NCBI GenBank assembly: GCA_963725865.1
Contig: CAVSAC010000010.1
Location: forward strand, 864,001-928,000
Direction of reading: 5' to 3'
DNA length: 64,000 bases
Source: Candidatus Eiseniibacteriota bacterium
GTDB lineage: Bacteria; Eisenbacteria; RBG-16-71-46
Shown: positions 51,457 through 62,415 of the stretch, in pieces
Layout of the letters: every line of letters starts with the position of its first letter
How positions within the stretch are numbered: the first letter of the stretch is position 1
Notes under the pieces: model-generated
What the model saw: only the letters and a program-made list of their open reading frames with translations
What the model was told of the DNA's origin: nothing
The model's database searches: none
Translations under genes and position numbers: made by a program

Positions 51457-52019
51457 GCCTCGGGACCCCGGCGCAGCGTGATCGAGCGCGGCACCCCCGG
51501 CCAGGCCGGATAGCCGATGCGCACCCACGCGTCGGTCGAGGCGAACTGCGCGAGGATCGCGCGCACGACGTGCTCGCTGCTGCGCGCCTGCTCGTGCGCG
51601 GCGAGCCCGCGCCACGCGCGCCGCCAGCCGCGGATCGGGCGCACCGCGGCGAGCGCCTCGCGCTGCCGGTCGCGCGGCAGCGTCTCGAAGCCGGGCGCGC
51701 CGGCGCGGCGCGCCTCGGCGTCGAGGAACGCGACGAAGCACTCGGTGAGGGCGCGATGGCCGGGCAGTCGCTCCGCGCGCCAGCGCAGGCTCGCGACGTA
51801 CGGCGCCGGGTCGACCGGATCCCCGAGCAGCGCCGGCACCACCGCGGCCAGCACCGCGCCCGCGCGGGTCGACAGCGGCCCCGGCGCCGAGCGGTCCGGC
51901 GGCGCGTAGAGCACCCAGCGGCGCAGCGCGCGCCGCTGCGTCCACGCGGCTCCGGCCGCCACCGCGAGCGCGGCGGCGCCGGTCAGCGTCAGGAAGCGAC
52001 GCCGTCCGATCGGCGTCAC
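51453..52019 (-). CDS. Tat-exported small partner subunit (gluconate 2-dehydrogenase subunit 3-like)
   Basis: GTG start TPIGRRRFLTLTGAAALA (twin arginine); ends WVRIGYPAWPGVP; overlaps the GMC start. Confidence 0.65.
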   Translation of the reverse strand: MTPIGRRRFLTLTGAAALAVAAGAAWTQRRALRRWVLYAPPDRSAPGPLSTRAGAVLAAVVPALLGDPVDPAPYVASLRWRAERLPGHRALTECFVAFLDAEARRAGAPGFETLPRDRQREALAAVRPIRGWRRAWRGLAAHEQARSSEHVVRAILAQFASTDAWVRIGYPAWPGVPRSITLRRGPEA

Positions 52020-54134
52020 GGACGCTCCCGCTCCGCGGCCGCACCCGGGAATCCGCGCACCTCGTACGCGGTGTCGCACCACTCCGAGATGAACGGGTGG
52101 AAGTGAGCACCCCCAACGCGGCACCACGCGCTCTCGACGTACGCGACGCTGCACCGCTCGCCGGGCGACCCCACCACCACCACCGCCGCGCCGGAGCGCA
52201 CGAGATTCTCGGCCCAGCGCCCGCGGTCGGCCTGGTCGCGATAGTCGGGATGGAACTCCCACGCGCTCGCGGCCTCGCTCCACGGGCGTCCGACCGGGAC
52301 GTAGACCGGATGGCCCGAGAAGTCGCGGCCGTAATAGCCCCACCACGAGTCGACGCCGGTCACCGCGATCGGCCGCCCGTCCGCCAGCCGCCGCACCTGC
52401 TGCACGTCGGCGTAGCTCAGGTTGTGGATGCGCCTGGCGTAGCCGTCCCACACGGCGGCGAAGACGCGCTCGCGGCCACGGTCCACCTTCGCCACCACCA
52501 GCGCCAGCGCGCCGGTCACCAACAGCAGCCCGAGCGCGCGCAGCGCCAGCGACCAGCGGCGTCGCGCGAGCACGTGCGTCATCATCATCAGCAGCGCGGC
52601 CACCAGCATGCCGGGCACCACGTGCCCCGCCATGCGGCGCAGCAGGAACAGCGACAGCAGGCCGAGCGCGCCGGCGATCAGCGAGGGCAGCGGCAACCGC
52701 GAGAGTCCGGCCGCCGCGAGCGGCGCGAACGCCACGAATGTCGGCACCGCGAGCCGCAGGTTGTCGAGGTTGAGCCGCGGCGCGTTGCCGTTCATCGCGG
52801 GCGCGTACGCTCCGGAGAACGGCCCCAGCAGGTAGAGCAGCATGCACGCGATCGCGACCAGGAAGATGGTGCGCCCGCCGTCGCGCGGCGCGGTGGCGGC
52901 CAGGCCTCCGCGCTCGCGGCCGCGGGCGGCCATCCACAGCGGCACGCCGAGCAGGCCCGCGGCGAGCGCCGCGCCGTAGAACCCCCACAGCTTGTGCGGC
53001 GTGGTGTGCCCGGCGTAGCCCTCGAGCCACACCGCGCACCTGCGAGGTGCGCGCCTGGTCGAGCGTGCTCATGAGCCCCGGCAGCGTCCACGGGCCGATG
53101 CGCAGCTCGGCGGGGAACAGCGGATTGCCGGCCACGATCGCGTTGCGCACCATCCAGAAGCCGCCCATCAGCGTCGCCGCCCACAGCGTGGTCGGATGCG
53201 CGAGCAGCGACCGCACCCGCGCGCCCGCGCCGGCGCCGGTGAGCGCCACCAGCAGGATCAGCACCGCGTAGGCCGGCCCCGTGCCCTTGGTGCCCGCCAG
53301 CAGCCCGAGCGCCAGCAGCATCAGCGCGAGCTGCGGGCCGGTGGCGCCGCGGCGCGCGCGCACCGCGAACAGCAGCGCCACCGCGAACCACATCGCGAGC
53401 ACGTCGTCGATGCGGGTGCCGAGCGTGAGCTGCACCAGCCCGGGCCCCAGCGCCGTCGCCAGCGCCACCGCCTCGGCGACCGCGCCGCGCGCGCCGATCA
53501 GCAGGCCGAGCCGGCGCACCGCGAGCCCCAGGCCCCCGAGCGCGAGCGCGCTCACCCACGGCATCAGCGTCTCGCGGCCCGCGGCCCATCCGAGCCACAT
53601 CTGAAGCACCTCGCCGTTGCCGGGGAAGTAGAGCCCGAACACGGTCGGGTCGCGCAGCGCGGCGCCCACGGTGCCGGTCTGCATCCAGTACGCGACCATC
53701 GGCAGGTGGTAGTGGAAGCTGTCCCAGTCGGCGGGCGGGTTGCGGAGCGAGAACACCATGCGCCCGATCACCAGTCCGCCGAGCACGATCGAGAACAGCG
53801 CCGAGGGCGCGGGACCGCTCTCGACCGGCGGCGCGCCGGGCGCGGCATCGGTGCGCCGCGCGCGTCCGAGCATGGCGAACCCCGCCAGCGCCAGCAGCGC
53901 CCACGACCAGTCGCGCAGCAGCGCCAGCGCGCCGAGCATCAGGGCGGTCGTGACCAGCACCGCGGCCATCAGCGTGACGATCCCGAGCGCCGTCACGTCC
54001 CACGGGCTCTCGCCGAGCCGCCGGTGCATCGCCACACGAGCGCGGGCGGCTCCAAACGCGAGCACACCGAAGGCCACGGCCAGGCGGGGCCAGGCGCTGC
54101 GCGCGAGTTCGAAGCCGGCAGGGTCGAGCGTCAC
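52016..54134 (-). CDS. Polytopic membrane protein, GT-C (ArnT/PMT-like) glycosyltransferase-like (frameshift near 53035)
   Basis: NPPADWDSFHYHLP, YFPGNGE, GLLAGTK, RNAIVAGNPLFP; many TM segments; C-terminal half continues in the 52016-53032 ORF. Confidence 0.7.
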
Positions 54135-54297
54135 GGGTTCACGAGACTCGGGCGCCGCATGCGGTCGCCCGCTCCAAGGAGGTCCGGGCCGGGCAGGTGG
54201 GTCTGCCGGCCGTCGTCTCGTTATCGGCGCAGGGGCGCGTCGTCTTCAGGCCATCGAGCGGCCGCCGGTCGCGGAACCGGCGCCTCGCCCGCGCCGC

Positions 54298-55524
54298 TCA
54301 GGATATACCCATCACCAGCCGCAGCGTGTCACGCGCGATGATCAGCTCCTCGTTCGTGGGGATCACGAGGGTGCGCACGGTCGCGCCGGCCGCCGACACG
54401 TCGGCCTCGCGCCCGACCGCCGCGGCGTTCTTCGCCGGGTCCACCGCGATGCCCATGAAGCCCAGGCCCTCGAGCGAGAAGGCCCGGATGCGCGGGGCGT
54501 TCTCGCCGATCCCGCCGGTGAAGATCACCGCGTCGACCCCACCCATCGCGCCGGCATAGGCCGCGACGTACTTCCTCAAGCGATAGCAGAAGATCGCGAT
54601 CGCCAGCGTCGCGCCCTCGTGCCCCTTGGCTTCGGCCGCGAGCAGCTCCGCCATGTCGTTGGAGAGTCCCGACACCCCGTACAGGCCCGAGTGCTTGTTG
54701 AGCAGCGTCGAGGCCTGGTGCTCGGTGAGGTCCTCCTTGTGCATGATGTGGAAGATCACCGCCGGATCCAGATCGCCGCAGCGGGTGCCCATCAGCAGCC
54801 CCTCGAGCGGCGTGAATCCCATCGAGGTGTCGACCGAGCGCCCGCGGTCGATCGCGCACGCGCTGGCGCCGTTGCCGAGGTGGCAGGTGACCAGTCGCGT
54901 CTCCTCGCGCGGGCGGCCGAGCAGCGCCTGCGAGCGCCAGCCCACGAAGCGGTGCGAGGTGCCGTGGAAGCCGTAGCGCCGGATGCCGTGGCGCGTGTGG
55001 AGGACCCGCGGCAGGCCGTACAGGTAGGCGTGCTGCGGCATGGTCTGGTGGTACGCGGTGTCGAACACCGCCACGTGCGGCACGCTCGGCAGCAGCTTCT
55101 GCGCCGCGTAGTAGCCGCGCAGGTTGTGCGGGTTGTGCAGCGGCGCCAGCTCCGCGCAATCCTCGATCTCGCGCACCACCTCGGGCGTGATCAGCGCGCT
55201 GGCCGCGAACTTCTCGCCGCCGTGCACCATGCGGTGGCCGACCGCATCGATCGCCGCGATGTCCGAGATCACGCCGGTCTCGGGCGCCGTGAGCGTGCGC
55301 AGGATCTCCGCGACGGCCACCCGGTGCTCGAGGATCTCGCGCGACTCGACGGTCTTGTCGCGGCCCTCGGGCCGGTAGGTGTGCAGCGCGCTCGCGGTCC
55401 CGATGCGCTCCACCGACCCGCGCGCGATCGTGCGGTCGCCGTTCTTCTCGATCAGCTCGGGCGAGGAATCGATGAGCTGGTACTTGACCGACGACGAGCC
55501 GGAGTTGAGGACCAGGATCTTCAT
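54298..55524 (-). CDS. ackA: Acetate kinase
   Basis: MKILVLNSGSSSVKYQL, GHRMVHGG, LAPLHNP, FDTAYH, RRYGFHGTSH, HLGNGAS, TSMGFTPLEG, FTGGIGEN, IPTNEE. Confidence 0.97.
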   Translation of the reverse strand: MKILVLNSGSSSVKYQLIDSSPELIEKNGDRTIARGSVERIGTASALHTYRPEGRDKTVESREILEHRVAVAEILRTLTAPETGVISDIAAIDAVGHRMVHGGEKFAASALITPEVVREIEDCAELAPLHNPHNLRGYYAAQKLLPSVPHVAVFDTAYHQTMPQHAYLYGLPRVLHTRHGIRRYGFHGTSHRFVGWRSQALLGRPREETRLVTCHLGNGASACAIDRGRSVDTSMGFTPLEGLLMGTRCGDLDPAVIFHIMHKEDLTEHQASTLLNKHSGLYGVSGLSNDMAELLAAEAKGHEGATLAIAIFCYRLRKYVAAYAGAMGGVDAVIFTGGIGENAPRIRAFSLEGLGFMGIAVDPAKNAAAVGREADVSAAGATVRTLVIPTNEELIIARDTLRLVMGIS

Positions 55525-56417
55525 CGCGCCATCTCCGCCGTGGCGTCGGCGCGCACCCGTTCGTGGCCCTGGTAGACGAAGAACCCGCGCCCGGTCTTGC
55601 GACCCAGGTGGCCGGCGCGGACCATCTTGCGCAGCAGCGGGCAGGGCCGGTACTTCAGCTCGCCGAATTCCTTGAACAGGTGTTCCATCCACGCCATCAC
55701 CTTGTCGAGCCCGACGCGGTCGGCGTACTCGAGCGGCCCCATCTTGAACTCGTACGCGAGCCGGATGGCGTCATCGACGTCCGCCGCGCTCGCCACGCCC
55801 TCCATGACCACGTGCATCGCCTCGTTGAGCAGCGGCAGCATCACGCGCGTGAGCACGTAGCCGGGAGTCTCGAACACCTCGATCACGGTCTTGTCGAGCG
55901 CGTGCGCCAGGTCGAGCGCGCGCTGGAAGGTCTCGTCCGAGGTCTCGGCGCCGCGCACCACCTCGACCACCGGGCTGCGCGTCACCGGATGCATGAAGTG
56001 CATCCCCACCACCCGGTCGGGCCGGCCGGAGGCGGTGGCGATCTCGGTGATCGAGAGCGTCGAGGTGTTGGTGATGAAGATGCGGTCGTGCGGCAGCACC
56101 GCGCCCAGGTGGCGCATGACGCTCTTCTTGCTCTCGAGATCCTCCTGGACGGTCTCGATCACCATGTCGGTGTCGGTGAGCGCCGCGGGGTCGGTCACGA
56201 AGCGCACCCGCGAGAGCACCACCTTCTTCTCGGAGGCCGTGATGCCCCACTTCGCCAGCTCGGCGTCCAGCAGGCGTGCCAGCTCCTGCTCCGCGGCCCT
56301 GGCGCGCTCCTCGGAGACCTCGAGCACCGCCACGTCGATGCCGTTCGAGGCCACCTTCTCGGCGATCGACTTGCCCATGTGTCCACCACCGACGATGCCC
56401 AGCTTCCGGAATTCCAT
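55521..56417 (-). CDS. 3-hydroxybutyryl/3-hydroxyacyl-CoA dehydrogenase
   Basis: GIVGGGHMG, IETVQEDLESK, TNTSTLSI, GMHF, GPLEYADRVGLD, GHLGRKTGRGF. Confidence 0.92.
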   Translation of the reverse strand: MEFRKLGIVGGGHMGKSIAEKVASNGIDVAVLEVSEERARAAEQELARLLDAELAKWGITASEKKVVLSRVRFVTDPAALTDTDMVIETVQEDLESKKSVMRHLGAVLPHDRIFITNTSTLSITEIATASGRPDRVVGMHFMHPVTRSPVVEVVRGAETSDETFQRALDLAHALDKTVIEVFETPGYVLTRVMLPLLNEAMHVVMEGVASAADVDDAIRLAYEFKMGPLEYADRVGLDKVMAWMEHLFKEFGELKYRPCPLLRKMVRAGHLGRKTGRGFFVYQGHERVRADATAEMAR

Positions 56418-56811
56418 CTCGGCTCCATCCTGTGCTTGAGCCGGGCGCACCCGACTCGCGGCGCGGCCGGACGGGAGTGTGTAGGGGTCGGCGGCAGTCT
56501 AGCGCGGGCGACCCGCGATGTCCCGCCGGCCCGGCGGGCCGGTTGCGCGCCCGGCGCGCAGGCCGCCCGCGAGTCGGGTGCCCTGCCGCGCGGGGAGGGC
56601 GGGCCGTGCCGCGAGGGTTGCGCGGCGCGCCCGGCGCTCGTACTGTGCAGGTGGACCGCGACGCCACCCCACACGCACGGCCCACCGTGACGCTGGTCAC
56701 GGAGCGTGTCGGACGGACCCCGGCGACGCCGCCCCCGCGCCGCGCCCGTCCCCGCGCCTCGTCTTCGCGCGACCGCGGCCCCCCGTGTGCCGCGCACCAC
56801 GGAGGTGTGCG

Positions 56812-57846
56812 ATGAGGATCTCCCGCCGCACCTGGGTCGGGGCATTGCTCGCGAGCCTGCTGGCCGCGACGCTCGCCTACGCGATGGAACCGCTTCCCAA
56901 GCTGCCCCCCATTCCCACCGACAATCCACAGACCCTTGCCAAGGTCGAGCTCGGCAAGATGCTGTTCTTCGATCCGCGCCTGTCCAAGACCGGCACGGTC
57001 TCGTGCAATTCCTGCCACAACGTGATGGAGGCGGGCGAGGACGACCGCGCCAACTCGGTCGGAGTCGACGGCAAGACCGGCGACCGCTCCGCACCGACGG
57101 TGTGGAATGCCGCGTTTCTCTCGGCGCAGTTCTGGGACGGGCGCGCGGGCACGCTCGAGGATCAGGCCAAGGGCCCGATGGTGAACCCGATCGAGATGGG
57201 GATGACGAACCACGACCTGGTGATCGGCCGCCTGGCGCAGATCCCCGGCTACATGCAGCGCTTCACCGCGGTGTTCGGCGGGGCCGAGCCGCTCACCATC
57301 GACCACGTCGCGCAGGCGATCGCCGCCTACGAGCGCACGCTGGTGACGCCCAACAGCGCGTTCGACCGCTACGCGCGCGGCCAGAAGTCCGCGCTGAGCC
57401 CGGCCGCCGTGCGCGGCATGCAGAAGGCGGAGGCGCTCGGCTGCGCGGCCTGCCACAGCGGACCGGTGTTCGCGGGCCCGATCACCGAGCCCGGCACCCC
57501 GTTCCTGCAGAAGTTCCCGGGCTACACGACGAACGTCTACGTCGAGCGTTATCACCTCGCGGACGATCCGGGGCGCTGCAAGGTCACGCTGGACGAGGCC
57601 GACCGGGGCTTCTGGCGCGTGGCGATGTGGCGGAACGTGGCGCTGACGGCCCCGTACTTCCACAACGGTTCGGTGGCGACGCTGCACGAGGCGGTGAAGG
57701 TGATGGCGAAGACCCAGCTCGATCAGGACATCACGGACGCCGATGCGAGCGACATCGTCGCGTTCCTCGAGAGCCTCACCGGGACGTTCCCGGCGCAGAC
57801 CATGCCGCGTCTGCCGCAGACCCCGGGGCGGTCGCTGATCGAGTGA
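56812..57846 (+). CDS. Di-heme cytochrome c peroxidase (CcpA/MauG family)
   Basis: GGAGG RBS; signal peptide; LGKMLFFDPRLS, CNSCH, QFWDGRA, CAACH, RNVALTAPYFHNG. Confidence 0.93.
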   Translation: MRISRRTWVGALLASLLAATLAYAMEPLPKLPPIPTDNPQTLAKVELGKMLFFDPRLSKTGTVSCNSCHNVMEAGEDDRANSVGVDGKTGDRSAPTVWNAAFLSAQFWDGRAGTLEDQAKGPMVNPIEMGMTNHDLVIGRLAQIPGYMQRFTAVFGGAEPLTIDHVAQAIAAYERTLVTPNSAFDRYARGQKSALSPAAVRGMQKAEALGCAACHSGPVFAGPITEPGTPFLQKFPGYTTNVYVERYHLADDPGRCKVTLDEADRGFWRVAMWRNVALTAPYFHNGSVATLHEAVKVMAKTQLDQDITDADASDIVAFLESLTGTFPAQTMPRLPQTPGRSLIE

Positions 57847-57977
57847 ACCCAGGGCGGTGGCGCGAACCGCCGCCTACCGTGCCCGCGCCGCCCGGTGTGG
57901 ACGCGGGTCGCGCATCGCGGTGTACGTCGCGGGCGCTGGCGCAACTGGCCGGCGCCCGCTTCGTGCCGCAGGATCGA

Positions 57978-58100
57978 TCAGGGGCGATAGCGCGCTTTGA
58001 GCGCGCCCCACGACGTGGCGCTCGCCGCGGTGGTCGTGTCCTGCAGGGACTTCGAGGTCGTGTACACCCAGTCGCCGCCCTCGTCGCCGGTGCCATCGGG
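57978..58100 (-). pseudogene. Orphan 3' fragment carrying the SWGxxKxxY tail
   Basis: GDEGGDWVYTTSKSLQDTTTAASATSWGALKARYRP*; no convincing start or signal peptide upstream in frame. Confidence 0.5.
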
Positions 58101-58403
58101 TGGAGCGGCCGTCGCGGCGTGGAGGGGAACTCCAATACGCCGCGGCCGGTACACGCAAGCACCGAGCCATGCCGCGCACCGTGCGGCCGCGAGCGCAACC
58201 ACATGCGCCCCATCGGGCGCGATGCGTGCGCGCTCGTCGCGCCCGCGCGAACCACCTGAGAAAACGTCAGGCGCCGCCCGCCACGCCGTCAGGCCTGCCG
58301 TCGCGTCGCCCACCGCGAGCGGCTACCTTGCCCCGCCGTCGCACCCTGCTAGAGTGCCGGCGATCCTGGCCGCGCGTCGCGGCCCGGCGAGGAGGTGGAC
58401 GCG

Positions 58404-58841
58404 ATGGCGTTCAACTGGAACTGGGTGCTGATCGTCGGCGGAGCGCTGCTGGTGCTCGTCGAAGTGGCACTCGGGGGTTTCGCGGGATTCGACCTGGTGC
58501 TGATCGGCTCGGCGCTGATCCTGGGCGGCGTGCTGGGGCTGTTCGTCCACAACGCGGCACTCGGCTTCATCGTCGCCGGCGTGCTGTGCGTGCTCTACAT
58601 CGTCGCCGGGCGCCGCTGGGTGCGCGCCCGCATGACCCAGCGCAAGGTCTCGAGCAACGTGGACGCGATGATCGGACAGCGCGCGGTGGTGACGGCGCGC
58701 GTCGCGGATCACGTGGCCGGGCAGGTGAAGGTCCGCAGCGAGACGTGGCGCGCGCTGCCGGTGTCCGGAGCGGGGCCGTTCGAATCCGGAGCCGAGGTGA
58801 CGGTGGAAGCCGTGGACGGCGTGACCCTTCAGGTGAGGTGA
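58404..58841 (+). CDS. NfeD family membrane protein
   Basis: AGGAGG RBS; hydrophobic N-terminus with LVEV; OB-fold C-terminus MIGQRAVV...GQVKVRSETWRA...VEAVDGVTL; directly upstream of the SPFH gene. Confidence 0.88.
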   Translation: MAFNWNWVLIVGGALLVLVEVALGGFAGFDLVLIGSALILGGVLGLFVHNAALGFIVAGVLCVLYIVAGRRWVRARMTQRKVSSNVDAMIGQRAVVTARVADHVAGQVKVRSETWRALPVSGAGPFESGAEVTVEAVDGVTLQVR

Positions 58842-58844
58842 TCC

Positions 58845-59726
<882 letters not shown>

Positions 59727-59727
59727 G

Positions 59728-61269
59728 ATGAACGATCCCGGCGGCCGCGGCGGGCAGATCGGGCGGGCGCTCGCGCTCGCCGCCTCCGCCGCGGCCGCGC
59801 TGTTGTTCCTGGGCACCGCGCTCGCGCGGCTTGGCTACCCGTTCGACCTCGAATGGCTCGAGGGCTGGATGGCCGAACATGTCGTGCGCCTGCGCGACGG
59901 CGCCCTGCCCTACCCCGCGCCCTCGCTGGGCTTCATCGCCGCCAACTATCCGCCGGTCTACCCGGAGCTCTGCGCGTGGAGCGGCCGCGCGCTCGGCGTG
60001 CTGGCGAACGAGTGGCGCGTGCTGCCGTGGATGCGCGCGATCTCGGTGCTGTCGACGCTCGCGGTGATGGCGCTGCTCGCGCTGCTCGCCCACCGCGAGA
60101 GCCGCTCGCGCACCGCGGCCGCGCTGGCCGCCGGGCTGTTCGCGGCGACCTACTCGCTGGGCGGCTTCTGGTTCGACCTCGCGCGCGGCGACTGCACCTA
60201 CCTGGCGCTGCTGCTCGGAGCCGTCGCACTGCTGACGATGGCGCCCGCCGGCGCGGGGCGGCTGTCGCGCGATCGCGCACCGCTCGGCGGCCGCGACGCG
60301 CTCGCGGTGCTGGGCGGCGCGCTGCTGGCGCTGGCGTTCTTCACGCGCCAGACCGCGGCGGTGATGTTCGCGCCGCTGGGGCTGCTGATGCTGTGGCGCC
60401 GCCCGGTGCGCGCCGTGCTGTTCGGCGCCGTCGCGCTGGCCGGCGTCGCCTGGCAGGCGCACGCGTGGCAGGCCGCGACCGGCGGATGGTTCCGCTGGTA
60501 CACCGTGCTGGTGCCGCTCGGCCACCCGTGGTGGGCCGGCCGCATCCGCGAGACCGCCGGCCCCGACCTGCTGCCGCTCGCGCCGCTGCTGCTGGTCGGC
60601 GCGTGGGCGGTGCTGCGCGGCGGACTGCGCGACCGCTGGCTGCACGTCGCGCTGGTCGCGGGCTGTCTGGGGTGCGGGATCTACCTGCGGCTCTATCCAG
60701 GCGGCTGGGTGAACGTGATGATCCCCGCGCACGCGGCCCTCGCGCTGCTGGGCGCGTGCGCGTGGGCCGCGGCCGAGCGCCGGCGCGGCGCGGTTGCGAC
60801 CGTGGTACGGGTCGCGCTGCTCGTCCAGTTCGCGCTGCTGGCGTACGACCCGCGGCGCGCGATCCCCACCCCCGCCGATCGCGCCGCCGGCGAGGCCCTG
60901 GTGGCGCGGCTGCGCGGCCTGCCGTCGCCGGTGCTGGTGCTCTCGCACAGCCACCTCGCGCGGCTCGCGGGCCGGCCCGAGGCGTTCTTCGAGATGGGGA
61001 TGAAGGACGTGCTCGCGGTGCGCGACTCGACCGCGTACGCGATGGACGACTCGCTGCGCGAAGCGATCCGCGGCCAGCGCTGGAGCGCCGTGGTCATGGA
61101 CCACATCGAGGTGCGCGAGCCGCTGATCGATCGCTTCGCCGAGGCGTACGCGCCGACCCAGGCGCTGATCTCGTCACCCGCGGCGTTCTGGACGCGCTCG
61201 GGCGTGCGCACGCGACCCGAGACACTGTGGATGCCGGTGCGGCGCGATACGGCGGGCGGCGGGGGCTGA
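59728..61269 (+). CDS. Polytopic membrane protein, GT-C glycosyltransferase-like
   Basis: YPFDLEWLEG, NYPPVY, WFDLARGD, FFTRQT; multiple TM segments and a soluble C-terminal domain. Confidence 0.68.
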   Translation: MNDPGGRGGQIGRALALAASAAAALLFLGTALARLGYPFDLEWLEGWMAEHVVRLRDGALPYPAPSLGFIAANYPPVYPELCAWSGRALGVLANEWRVLPWMRAISVLSTLAVMALLALLAHRESRSRTAAALAAGLFAATYSLGGFWFDLARGDCTYLALLLGAVALLTMAPAGAGRLSRDRAPLGGRDALAVLGGALLALAFFTRQTAAVMFAPLGLLMLWRRPVRAVLFGAVALAGVAWQAHAWQAATGGWFRWYTVLVPLGHPWWAGRIRETAGPDLLPLAPLLLVGAWAVLRGGLRDRWLHVALVAGCLGCGIYLRLYPGGWVNVMIPAHAALALLGACAWAAAERRRGAVATVVRVALLVQFALLAYDPRRAIPTPADRAAGEALVARLRGLPSPVLVLSHSHLARLAGRPEAFFEMGMKDVLAVRDSTAYAMDDSLREAIRGQRWSAVVMDHIEVREPLIDRFAEAYAPTQALISSPAAFWTRSGVRTRPETLWMPVRRDTAGGGG

Positions 61270-61346
61270 GGGAGCCGCGGCAGGCAGCTGCATCGTCGGC
61301 CCCCGCGCTCCTCGACTCGGATCCGACCGCTCGAAGGAGTTCTCGC

Positions 61347-61997
61347 ATGCAGCTTCGAACCCTGGTGCTCGCATCCATGCTCGTGACCGTGTTCGGGGCG
61401 GCCGCCCGGCCGGCGTCGGCCGTCGTTGCCGGCCAGATCGATACCTTCACGAGCGGCACCACCGAGGGCTGGAACTCGGGCGCCGGTCCGAATCCCGTCC
61501 CGCCGACGGTGGTGCTGTCGGGCGGCCCGAGCGGCGCGGGCGATGCCTACCTGCTCGTGCGCGGGCTCGGTGGCGTGGGAGCCGGGAGCAAGCTGACCGC
61601 GATCAACACGCTTCAGTGGACCGGGAACTACACCGCGGCCGGGATCGTGGGGCTCCGGATGGACCTGATGAACGCCGGAGCGAAGGATCTCGTGGTGCGG
61701 GTGATGGTCTCCACGCCGACCAACGAGGCGATCTCGGCCGCGACCGTCGTGGTGGCCGGCGGCGGGTGGATCCCGGCGTTCGTCTCGCTCGCCCCCGGCG
61801 ATCTCACGCCCGTGTTCGGGACCGCCAGTGGCGCGCTCGCGGGTGCCACCGAGCTGCGCATCATGCACGACACCAACCCGACGTTCCCGCCCGATGCCAT
61901 GGCGGGCGCGCTCGGCGTGGACAACATCGAGGCGATCGGCTCCGCGACGCCGGCGCCGACCACGAGCTGGGGACGGATCAAGGGGCTGTATCGGTAG
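61347..61997 (+). CDS. Secreted protein with C-terminal SWGxxKxxY tail
   Basis: AAGGAG RBS; signal peptide MQLRTLVLASMLVTVFGAAARPASA; ends GVDNIEAIGSATPAPTTSWGRIKGLYR. Confidence 0.83.
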   Translation: MQLRTLVLASMLVTVFGAAARPASAVVAGQIDTFTSGTTEGWNSGAGPNPVPPTVVLSGGPSGAGDAYLLVRGLGGVGAGSKLTAINTLQWTGNYTAAGIVGLRMDLMNAGAKDLVVRVMVSTPTNEAISAATVVVAGGGWIPAFVSLAPGDLTPVFGTASGALAGATELRIMHDTNPTFPPDAMAGALGVDNIEAIGSATPAPTTSWGRIKGLYR

Positions 61998-62069
61998 GCG
62001 CGCTCACGCTTCGAGTCGACGCTCCGCACGCACCGGCCGCCGGATCGCAGGCAAGGAGTTCGCGCGCGC

Positions 62070-62366
62070 TCAGTAGTCGACGTGCTCGAGCTCGTCGAGA
62101 ACCCGCGCCTGCACGCCCTCGGGGCCACCGAAGCCCAGCGTGCCGCCAGCGCGCCGCCAGAGTTCGCCCAACGTGGCCAGGAATCGTCGCGCCTGCTCGA
62201 GCGAGCCGAACTCCAGGTTCACCACGACGAGGTTGGCGTCGTCGTCGGGGCGGTAGATCGTGTGCCGGGTCACGCCGTTGCGCGCACGGCCGACCGGATC
62301 GCTGTCGAACGCCCGCTTCCAAGCCTGATAGTCGGCCACTCGATGTTGGATGACGAGCATCGACAC
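62070..62366 (-). CDS. Small dimeric alpha-beta barrel-like hypothetical protein
   Basis: GGAGGAG RBS; IQHRVADYQAWKRAFDSDP...IYRPDDDANLVVVNLEF. Confidence 0.7.
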   Translation of the reverse strand: MSMLVIQHRVADYQAWKRAFDSDPVGRARNGVTRHTIYRPDDDANLVVVNLEFGSLEQARRFLATLGELWRRAGGTLGFGGPEGVQARVLDELEHVDY

Positions 62367-62415
62367 GACGGGCTCCTCCCTCGCTGGTGACTCGATGTGT
62401 GGAGCGGCCGGGCGC

